A stretch of DNA of 64,000 bases from Clostridiales bacterium (lineage in GTDB: Bacteria; Bacillota; Clostridia; Christensenellales; DTU072). The position numbers were made by a program, and so were the translations under genes. The notes beneath the pieces were generated by a model. It saw nothing but the letters and a program-made list of their open reading frames with translations, did not search any database and was not told the origin of the DNA. Of the stretch, positions 54,872 through 62,135 are shown in pieces. Numbering within the stretch: position 1 is the stretch's first letter; each line of letters opens with the position of its first letter. The DNA lies in assembly GCA_012838805.1 (NCBI GenBank), contig DUON01000014.1, forward strand, positions 2,900 to 66,899, given 5' to 3'.

Positions 54872-57304
54872 ATGAAAAAGATAATTATCTGCATGCTTTT
54901 ACTTCTTCCATTAATCATTATCGCAAGCGTTATGCTTGCCATAGATATTATCAGCGTCGAGGCTTATATTCCCGTCGAGAAAGTGGTTTTGAACCATTCT
55001 TATGTCCAACTCAACCTAAGCGACCAATATTTTGACGGGCTTGTGGCTACCGTATATCCCACAAGCGCTAAAAACAAGAATGTAGAATGGACAATCACCG
55101 ATGTAGTAAAGACTGTGGCGGATTATGAGGGAGATGCGGCACGGATTGATGAGAACGGCAAGGTTGAATTCTTTACTTACGCCACATTCAAAGTTATAGC
55201 GACCGCATCGGGAAAGTCTGCAAGCTGTACTTTTTACATAAAAGGCGATAGAGTCGAGGATGTGGAGATAGTATCCCCAAAAAAAGAACTTGCCACAGGC
55301 GAAAAGCTTATGCTTGAAGCGGTATTCCGTCCCATAGACGCTATTGTGGGGAGTTTGGTATGGACATCACAAGACGAAAATATCTTAAGGGTGGACAATA
55401 ACGGCATTGTTACTGGAGTATCGGAAGGGTCTTCAGTGGTCAGCGTTAGTGTGGAAGATACCGAAATCTCCGACAGCGTTGAAATAACCGTGACAAAAGG
55501 CGTGACGCCTTATGGACAACGCTTTTATGCAAGTGACGGTTTCGATATCGGGGGTTTTGACCTTATAGACGAGATAGACGGCGGATATATCGAGGACAAA
55601 AAACTATATTTCAACCCTTTAAGCGACACAGCCGTTCTGACGATAGGGGGCAAAGAAGTCGTTGTCAAAAAATGCCAAAAGAATGATATCACTATTGAAA
55701 ACATGGAATTCTTTCAAGACTTTCAATTGAGGGTGGGCAAGACTCCCTTGACGCTTAGGGCAATTTATTTGGAAGCCGCAAGAACGGATACGCCAAATGT
55801 TGAATGGACTTCCAGCAACCCTAAAATAGCCGAGATAAAATCCAAAGGACAAGTCAAAGCAATTGAGAGCGGACGGGTCACATTTACAGCCACGGACACC
55901 GATACGGGAAAGAGTGCGAGTATAGACATTGAAGTGGTGCGTCCAGTCAGCCTTATTGTATTGGATATGCCCGAAAAGGCAAGGGGAATAGCCCAAAAAA
56001 GAGTCTTTGGGAACCTAAACTATACATCTGACGGATACGAGCGAGCATATATAGATGTGAATTTTTCCATTCCTCAAAACGCCGATAAGTCGGATTTTGA
56101 GTATGAGGTATTGAACAGCCATAAGGCTTATTTTGTGGGCAATCGGCTTATATTAGAGGATATAAAAGGCAAAGAACAGATTGTTATAAAAGTCAGCGCA
56201 AAGATTAGACCCTACCAATCTGTGGAAGTCTATACCACATATACCCTTGAAGTCGCCGAGGGAGTCAATGTCTATGACTATCAAGGTTTGAAGTTCGTTG
56301 CGCAAAGCGGCAAGGCTATATTCCTGCAGGACGATATCGTGTTTGATAAAAACGCCCAAAGCATTGTTCTAAAAAACAGCCTTTACGGAAACGGCTTTAC
56401 CATAAGCTTAAGGGAATATGTCGAAAACAACAAGGTGGAACAGAACACAAACCTTATCAGAGTAGGCGAAAGCGGCGTGGTTATAAGCAATGTCAGAATG
56501 ACTATGGACGACCCCTCCAGAATCAGTATGGCGAACGGGCTTCGCGGACATGTTTTGAGGATAGGCGAAGAGAGCCAAAGGCATAGATTTAAGGACATCA
56601 GAGTAGAATATTCCATATTTGAGAATGGTCATTCCGCGATAGATATTCATCATTCGGATGTGGAGATTGAGGGGTGCATAATAAGGAACGCCAGTAACTT
56701 TGGAATAATAATCCCCAGCTTCAGAGTAGATGAGAATCTTGAAGATTATAGCAATGTGGTTATGAAAAACAATATCATGAGCAATATGGTAGGTCCCGCA
56801 ATAGCCGTGATTACATCAAGTCCCGATATGAAAAGGGAATCCTCTTTGAATATCAAAGGATTTTTGGATATCTATAATTGGCAGGATGTGCTGTCTGCAA
56901 GAATGATTGATAGAGAATTGCTGGAGGATAACGAAACGCTCAATAACATATTCAAATTTATTATAAAGACAGGGCTACGGAATGCCTTAAAAAATCCCAT
57001 GTTTAACGAATTGAAATATCCCGCCGTTATGGACGGCGTCGATATAGACTTTATTCATCTGGGCGTAGTTGCCATAGGGGCTGTACACGAGACCAATGCG
57101 GAGATTATTATAGAGGATGAGAACTATATTTATTTTGAGCTTAAACTGGTAGAATTGATAAAGGAGCTTACGGGGCTTTCGCTGGACGCTTTCAATATTC
57201 ATGATATGTATCTATATTGCTATAACAATGAGTCCTCAATCACGCCCCACAGTGACTTTATTGAAAATGCCGAACTATATAAGAGATTGAGAGGAGAAAA
57301 ATGA
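54872..57304 (+). CDS. Membrane-anchored surface protein with Big_2 Ig-like domains and a C-terminal right-handed beta-helix
   Basis: N-terminal TM. Three or more Big_2-type modules (VEWTITDV..., WTSQDENILRVDNNGIVTGVSEGSSVV, VEWTSSNPKIAEIKSKGQVKAIESGRVTFTA). Beta-helix-like repeats (ISNVRMT..., IFENGHSAIDIHHSDVEIEGCIIRNASNFGIII, VMKNNIMSN). Confidence 0.7.
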   Translation: MKKIIICMLLLLPLIIIASVMLAIDIISVEAYIPVEKVVLNHSYVQLNLSDQYFDGLVATVYPTSAKNKNVEWTITDVVKTVADYEGDAARIDENGKVEFFTYATFKVIATASGKSASCTFYIKGDRVEDVEIVSPKKELATGEKLMLEAVFRPIDAIVGSLVWTSQDENILRVDNNGIVTGVSEGSSVVSVSVEDTEISDSVEITVTKGVTPYGQRFYASDGFDIGGFDLIDEIDGGYIEDKKLYFNPLSDTAVLTIGGKEVVVKKCQKNDITIENMEFFQDFQLRVGKTPLTLRAIYLEAARTDTPNVEWTSSNPKIAEIKSKGQVKAIESGRVTFTATDTDTGKSASIDIEVVRPVSLIVLDMPEKARGIAQKRVFGNLNYTSDGYERAYIDVNFSIPQNADKSDFEYEVLNSHKAYFVGNRLILEDIKGKEQIVIKVSAKIRPYQSVEVYTTYTLEVAEGVNVYDYQGLKFVAQSGKAIFLQDDIVFDKNAQSIVLKNSLYGNGFTISLREYVENNKVEQNTNLIRVGESGVVISNVRMTMDDPSRISMANGLRGHVLRIGEESQRHRFKDIRVEYSIFENGHSAIDIHHSDVEIEGCIIRNASNFGIIIPSFRVDENLEDYSNVVMKNNIMSNMVGPAIAVITSSPDMKRESSLNIKGFLDIYNWQDVLSARMIDRELLEDNETLNNIFKFIIKTGLRNALKNPMFNELKYPAVMDGVDIDFIHLGVVAIGAVHETNAEIIIEDENYIYFELKLVELIKELTGLSLDAFNIHDMYLYCYNNESSITPHSDFIENAELYKRLRGEK

Positions 57305-57597
57305 ATTTTTTTAACAAAGTCTATGAAGTAGTCAAACAAATACCGTATGGAAAGGTTATGACATATGGTACGATAGCAAAAATAATCGGAAATCCCAATA
57401 TGTCAAGACAAGTGGGCTGGGCACTGCATAGCAACCCCGACCTCGAAAATATCCCATGCCATAGAGTGGTGGACAGATACGGCAATCCGTCAAAGGCTTT
57501 TGCCTTTGGCGGAGAAAACCGTCAAATTGAACTCTTGAAAAGGGAGGGCGTGGAATTTTATCAAGGTAAGGTAAAAAGAGATTTCTTTATTTATTGA
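57301..57597 (+). CDS. MGMT-family protein (O6-alkylguanine-DNA alkyltransferase DNA-binding domain only)
   Basis: 98 aa. YGKVMTYGTIA and the active-site-type IPCHRVV motif. ATGA overlap with the upstream gene. Confidence 0.8.
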   Translation: MNFFNKVYEVVKQIPYGKVMTYGTIAKIIGNPNMSRQVGWALHSNPDLENIPCHRVVDRYGNPSKAFAFGGENRQIELLKREGVEFYQGKVKRDFFIY

Positions 57598-57643
57598 TTA
57601 TTATTTTTAAGGTAATATTACTTTTGTTTATCCTTTTTATGTA

Positions 57644-57672
57644 TTGACTAAATCAGCTATACATAATAATAT
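57644..57672 (+). promoter_or_regulatory. Sigma-70-type promoter of the SipW-locus transcription unit
   Basis: TTGACT (57644-57649), 17-nt spacer, TAATAT (57667-57672). Confidence 0.55.
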
Positions 57673-57728
57673 AAAATTGAACAAGATAAATTTTTGCTTT
57701 GTTAACTAAAGAGAAAAGGACTGATATA

Positions 57729-58082
57729 ATGAAACCAAAAGGCAGAAGTACTGCTTTCAAGAGAGAATTTTTCACAAAGTTAACTATGGTTGTTATGCTG
57801 GCTTTAGTTATTACTTTTGTATTAGTTTTTGCTCTTCCCAAAGACCCGATATATGCTTATAGTGTAACAAGTGAAGTCGTATACGATAGGAGCGATTATT
57901 CTATTGCGAGTTATTTTGAGTCCGGCGATACCATAAATACGGGTGCTTCGGCTTTTGCTATAAACATAAGCCACTCTTCCTTAGAAAATTATGTGGGCTC
58001 TTATTGGGTAATAAACAACAGCGGATATTCAGCTTCCTTGACCACCGTATGTCCCGATAGAAAAGCCCGTTACGGTTATTGA
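57729..58082 (+). CDS. Secreted protein with SipW-cognate-like signal peptide (probably the 5' part of a longer, frame-split gene)
   Basis: Basic N-terminus MKPKGRSTAFKREFF, hydrophobic core LTMVVMLALVITFVLVFAL, then PKDPIYAYSVTS. It is followed by the beta-rich segment FESGDTINTGASAFAINIS...WVINNSGYSA. Confidence 0.5.
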   Translation: MKPKGRSTAFKREFFTKLTMVVMLALVITFVLVFALPKDPIYAYSVTSEVVYDRSDYSIASYFESGDTINTGASAFAINISHSSLENYVGSYWVINNSGYSASLTTVCPDRKARYGY

Positions 58083-58158
58083 AAGAAGAAAGGTTAACGC
58101 AGCGATTGACCGTGTCATAAGACAATACAAAATCAACAAAGCCAAAGAAGACAGCAAG

Positions 58159-58923
58159 ATGCAAAGAAGGCTGATTGCCCAACAAATAAAAGAAGAAGAA
58201 AAGGCAAGACAGCTTGCATTAAAAGAAAAAATTGAAGAGGAAAGACGCCTCAAAAAGCAACAAGAGCTTGAAGAAAAAGAAAAAAGAAAGAGAATAAGAG
58301 AGCAGCTTGCCGCAGAAAGAAAGGCGGAGCAGGAGAGAATAGCTTTTGAAAAGAAGCTTGCTTTACAACAGAAAAAAGAGGAAGAAGAAAGAAGATTAGC
58401 ATCGCAAAAGCAAATAGAAGAAGAAAAAGAAAGGATAAGGCAAGAAAAAGAAAGGGAGCTTGAGAGAAAGCTCTTTGAGGAAAAGCTTTTAGCCGAACAA
58501 AGACTTAAAGAAGAGGCGCTGAAAATCTATGAAAGCGTAAAAAAACAAAGAGAGGAGTATTGGGCGCTGGAAAAGGAATTCTCCATAAGACTCCTTACCG
58601 AAGAAATGGAACTTGAGCTGACGAAACAGCAAAAAGAGGCGTTGGAGAAGATAAAGCAGCAAGAGGCTTTGAAGCTGGAAACACTTAGGAATTTGCAGAC
58701 AATTTTAGAAAATACAATTTATTTAGAGTATAGCGCCGATATCCAGAAGATAGTAGAGGACGCAAGAACTTTCCGCTCTAATGAAGAGATAGTCTCCATA
58801 GCCCGAGATGTAGCGGATAACAAACCCTCTTTCGCCAAATTAGAGGCTCAAAAAAGATTGGAAATATTAAAGACACAATTGGAAATAATAAAGAAAAAAC
58901 GCCGCGAAAAGAAAAATAAATAA
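58159..58923 (+). CDS. Extremely E/K/R-rich helical protein (single-alpha-helix/coiled-coil type); start uncertain
   Basis: 254 aa dominated by E, K, R and Q (KEEEKARQLALKEKIEEERRLKKQQELEEKEKRKRIRE...). There is no SD before the ATG. The frame is open from 58042 and reads protein-like sequence (PYVPIEKPVTVIERRKVNAAIDRVIRQYKINKAKEDSK). Confidence 0.5.
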   Translation: MQRRLIAQQIKEEEKARQLALKEKIEEERRLKKQQELEEKEKRKRIREQLAAERKAEQERIAFEKKLALQQKKEEEERRLASQKQIEEEKERIRQEKERELERKLFEEKLLAEQRLKEEALKIYESVKKQREEYWALEKEFSIRLLTEEMELELTKQQKEALEKIKQQEALKLETLRNLQTILENTIYLEYSADIQKIVEDARTFRSNEEIVSIARDVADNKPSFAKLEAQKRLEILKTQLEIIKKKRREKKNK

Positions 58924-59603
58924 TGAAAAATAATAACTCAAACAGCATATTTAGAAAGATATTGACAATAATTATAGCGGTCGTTCTGGTTTTTTCATTT
59001 ATCGCATTTGTGTCTCTTGTCGTTCAAGTGGCGGGTGGGAAGAAACCCAGCGTGTTTGGATATCGTCTTTATTATATCTTGACAGACAGCATGACCCCTG
59101 AATTGCAAGTAAACGATGTCATTTTATCCGAAACTATAAATTCCAAACAAGAGGCAAAGAATCGCATAAAAGAAGGCGATGTGGTAACCTATATTGCACA
59201 GTTTGGTATACAAAAGGGGCTTACTATAACACATAAGGTTGTTAAAGGTCCGCATTATGACGAGGAAATAGGAAAAGAAGTCATCACAACCATGGGCACA
59301 AAAAGCGGGGCTACTCCCGATCCGCCCGTACCGCTTGAAAACATTCAAGCAGTAATGATAAAGAAACTACCTATTTTAGGAGGATTTTACAGATTTATTA
59401 TGTCTACAGCAGGATTATTAACGATTATTATTTTACCAATGGCAATTATGCTTGCCTTTTTAGTATATCGACTGGTTGCCCATATCAAAAAGCCTATCGA
59501 GAAAGAGCAATCCATATCAGTTGAAGAGTACAAAAAGAAAGAGCAGGAGATAGCACGCAAGGCAGTCGAAGAGTACAAACAGCGCAACAATATAACAAGT
59601 TAA
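58923..59603 (+). CDS. sipW: Signal peptidase I, SipW/archaeal-ER type (S26B)
   Basis: N-terminal TM, catalytic-Ser block ILTDSMTPELQVNDVIL, His block GLTITHKVV (Ser-His type, no Lys block seen), C-terminal second TM as in SipW. The start overlaps the upstream stop (TAATG). Confidence 0.75.
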   Translation: MKNNNSNSIFRKILTIIIAVVLVFSFIAFVSLVVQVAGGKKPSVFGYRLYYILTDSMTPELQVNDVILSETINSKQEAKNRIKEGDVVTYIAQFGIQKGLTITHKVVKGPHYDEEIGKEVITTMGTKSGATPDPPVPLENIQAVMIKKLPILGGFYRFIMSTAGLLTIIILPMAIMLAFLVYRLVAHIKKPIEKEQSISVEEYKKKEQEIARKAVEEYKQRNNITS

Positions 59604-59621
59604 GACTATTGGAGAGGTGTT

Positions 59622-61247
59622 ATGAGCGATAAAATCAATGACAAGCCACTAAGCTTTTTTGTTTTGACGGATACCCATTATTACTCAAAAAAACTTGGAA
59701 TAAGCGGCAAGGCTTATGAGGATATGGCGAATTATAATCAGAAATTACATGCCCATACCCAAGAGCTCTTGAAGGAAGTATGGCGTCAGATTATTGCAGA
59801 CAAAGATACGGATATTGTCCTTATTCATGGAGACTTGACAAACTATGGTGAAAAGGTCAGCCATGAAGAATTTAGAGATATGCTTTATGAGCTTGAAAGC
59901 CATGGCAAAAAAGTTTTTTTGACATATTCAAATCATGACTATAACCAAAAGATAAACACCCGAAATGCCTATCAAGGCGATAATGTCATTAAAGTGCCGT
60001 CTTTTTCTTTAGACGATATCAAAGGCTATTATGACGATTTTGGTATAAAGCAAGCACTGTCCGTCCATTCTCCTACGGGCTCTTATGTCGTTAAGCTGAA
60101 AGACAATGTCAGACTCCTTGCCCTAAACGACGACTTCGGCTATGAACACAGCGGGTATACCCAAGACACGATGTATTGGATAGAGCAGGAGATTGCAAAA
60201 GCTCAAAAGGCGGGAGATTATGTCTTTGCAATGGCTCATCATCCGATAATGCCCGCATCGCCTCTATACGTCATTTTGGGCAAAAAGGACTTAATAGAAG
60301 ACAGAGAGAAAAGATTGGAGCAATTTGCGGATATGGGCGTGAACCTATACCTAACCGGTCATTCCCATATGCAAAAAATAGACTACTTTATCAGCAAAAA
60401 CGGCAATCTTCTTTATAATATTTCCACATCCGCACTTGTGGGGTATCCTCCCGTTTATAGGAAGGTGACGATAGATTTAAGCCTGAATCAGGTTATCGTT
60501 AAATCCCATGTCATAAAGTACGCTCAAGGTATCGACACAAAAGGCAAAGCCCTTGATGAATATTTGAAGCAGAAGTTCCTTGGCTTGATAGGCGATTTTG
60601 TTTATGAGGGAAAGGAAAAAAATATGACCAGAGTTAAAGAAGTCGCCAGAGGCATAAGCCTAAAGCCTGAACAAATCGATAGGAAGAAATGGCTTATTGT
60701 ACCGTTGACAAAGTGGATGTATAAGCTTACTTATGGAAAGGTTTTGAGGTATACAAAAAAGGAAACGGGCTTAAGACCAAAAGACCACAAGGACATAAAA
60801 GACAAAAAATTCCTTCCCGTCATAACCAATTTAATAGCCAATATCTATGATGGCAACCCCACATATCACCCTGACACAATAGAATATAAGCTGATTATGG
60901 GACTTACGGCTATTACGGATAGCGTCATAAGAACAGTAGGCATCAATCTCTCAAAAAAACTGGGGTATAGCTCTGTCAGTGAAATAGTTCATCCAATGGT
61001 CCATAATCTGGGATTTAACAATTATGACATAACCTTGGATTTGAATCCAAAAACGGCAAGGTTTTTCTCAAAAGCAAATTATACTCCACCTTATAAGAGC
61101 AGAAAAGGAATTTTTATCACGGTTTTAGCGGTATTGGCTTTAATAGCGTTTTCTCCTGCGTTACTGATTCTTTCTATTCCTTTATCAATAAAAAGAATCG
61201 TTAGAAAAATAAAAAACCGTAAAGATAGAAAAGATGTTTCTAAATAG
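59622..61247 (+). CDS. Calcineurin-like metallophosphoesterase with C-terminal TM anchor
   Basis: FFVLTDTHYY, LIHGDLTNYGE, SNHD, MAHHP and GHSHM motifs. C-terminal hydrophobic helix plus a basic tail. SD GGAGAGG. Confidence 0.8.
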   Translation: MSDKINDKPLSFFVLTDTHYYSKKLGISGKAYEDMANYNQKLHAHTQELLKEVWRQIIADKDTDIVLIHGDLTNYGEKVSHEEFRDMLYELESHGKKVFLTYSNHDYNQKINTRNAYQGDNVIKVPSFSLDDIKGYYDDFGIKQALSVHSPTGSYVVKLKDNVRLLALNDDFGYEHSGYTQDTMYWIEQEIAKAQKAGDYVFAMAHHPIMPASPLYVILGKKDLIEDREKRLEQFADMGVNLYLTGHSHMQKIDYFISKNGNLLYNISTSALVGYPPVYRKVTIDLSLNQVIVKSHVIKYAQGIDTKGKALDEYLKQKFLGLIGDFVYEGKEKNMTRVKEVARGISLKPEQIDRKKWLIVPLTKWMYKLTYGKVLRYTKKETGLRPKDHKDIKDKKFLPVITNLIANIYDGNPTYHPDTIEYKLIMGLTAITDSVIRTVGINLSKKLGYSSVSEIVHPMVHNLGFNNYDITLDLNPKTARFFSKANYTPPYKSRKGIFITVLAVLALIAFSPALLILSIPLSIKRIVRKIKNRKDRKDVSK

Positions 61248-61312
61248 GAGTATATTCAATAGCGAAAATCTTAATAATCTAATTGAAGAACATAATCTGG
61301 AAAGTCAATAAA

Positions 61313-61333
61313 GGGGAGCTCAAAAAGCTCCCC
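61313..61333. terminator. Bidirectional terminator between convergent genes
   Basis: GGGGAGC-TCAAAAA-GCTCCCC, flanked by A/T-rich sequence. Confidence 0.65.
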
Positions 61334-61346
61334 TTGTTGATTGGTA

Positions 61347-61553
61347 TTAACAGCAAGACTTAAAGTCAGGTCTGCAGCAGCAGCAAAGAATAAGTATCCA
61401 TGGAAGAATGCAACAGATATTATTCATGCCGTCTCTTCCACAGCAGCAAAGAATAAGTAGAAGTAGAATTAAACATTCGCAACTGTTGCTGCCAAAACCG
61501 CAATTTCCGCTATCCTGACCGAATCCGCCGAAAAAATTGCCAAATCCGCCCAT
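61347..61553 (-). CDS. 68-aa Gly/Cys-rich hydrophobic mini-protein (14 Cys)
   Basis: Strong SD (AGGAGGT) 7 nt upstream of the ATG, terminator downstream. Sequence is MGGFGNFFGGFGQDSGNCGFGSNSCECLILLLLILCCCGRDGMNNICCILPWILILCCCCRPDFKSCC. Confidence 0.65.
   Translation of the reverse strand: MGGFGNFFGGFGQDSGNCGFGSNSCECLILLLLILCCCGRDGMNNICCILPWILILCCCCRPDFKSCC
61378..61459 (-). repeat. 19-bp perfect direct repeat 63 bp apart inside the Cys-rich gene
   Basis: CAGCAGCAAAGAATAAGTA occurs at 61378-61396 and 61441-61459 (plus strand). It encodes the ILILCCC module twice. The first copy is part of a (GCA)4 run at 61374-61385. Confidence 0.85.
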
Positions 61554-61665
61554 ATAAGGTTACCTCCTATTATAGATTATTCACATTACACACTATGACA
61601 AATGTTTTTTTATTGTTACATCCATAAAAAGTTATTTATATTTCTTAAAACACACGGAATTCGGA

Positions 61666-61694
61666 TTGACAGCATAGATATTATGTGATAAGAT
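61666..61694 (+). promoter_or_regulatory. Possible sigma-70-type promoter upstream of the zinc-ribbon mini-gene
   Basis: TTGACA (61666-61671), 17-nt spacer, TAAGAT (61689-61694). Confidence 0.35.
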
Positions 61695-61795
61695 TTTGTT
61701 AAATTAATAAGATACTTGCCTCTTGCCATAATCCCATGTCAATTGATGCAAAGGTCCTATAATTTAAAATTCGAAAAAAGGAGGTATCATTTGAT

Positions 61796-61972
61796 ATGGC
61801 AGACAAAAAACTCGTATGCAAAGATTGTGGCGAGGAATTCATGTTTACTGAAGGTGAGCAAGAATTTTACAAAGAGAAAGGCTTTACCAACGAACCCACC
61901 AGATGTCCAGATTGTAGAAAAGCCCGCAAAGCCCAGAGGAACCGTTTCTCTAACAAACAGTCATACAGATAA
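61796..61972 (+). CDS. 58-aa zinc-ribbon mini-protein (below the ORF-track cut-off)
   Basis: Translates to MADKKLVCKDCGEEFMFTEGEQEFYKEKGFTNEPTRCPDCRKARKAQRNRFSNKQSYR. AAGGAGG SD sits 10 nt upstream and a terminator follows. The overlapping track ORF 61716-62018 is in another frame. Confidence 0.75.
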   Translation: MADKKLVCKDCGEEFMFTEGEQEFYKEKGFTNEPTRCPDCRKARKAQRNRFSNKQSYR

Positions 61973-61979
61973 CAAAATA

Positions 61980-62004
61980 AACCGCCACCAAAGGCGGTTT
62001 TTTC
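61980..62004 (+). terminator. Rho-independent terminator
   Basis: AACCGCC-ACCAAA-GGCGGTT followed by TTTTT. Confidence 0.75.
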
Positions 62005-62135
62005 CAATTAAAAAGTAATGCTAATAGCACTTTCTCATATAATAATTTACTAAATAATTATATATATGACCTTGACTTTAAGGGTATGATATCATACAAT
62101 TTATTAGAAAATATAAATATTTGACGGATGTGAGA

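Noticed and set aside
58029-58253. 74-aa minus-strand ORF overlapping the head/helix junction
   Set aside because: It is antisense to two plus-strand frames that both read as plausible protein. Its Ser/Leu-rich composition is the mirror image of the E/K-rich coding strand.
61716-62018. 100-aa plus-strand ORF from the track
   Set aside because: It has no SD and its product is not protein-like. A 58-aa zinc-ribbon ORF in another frame has a perfect SD, a conserved-looking CxxC...CxxC pattern and a terminator.
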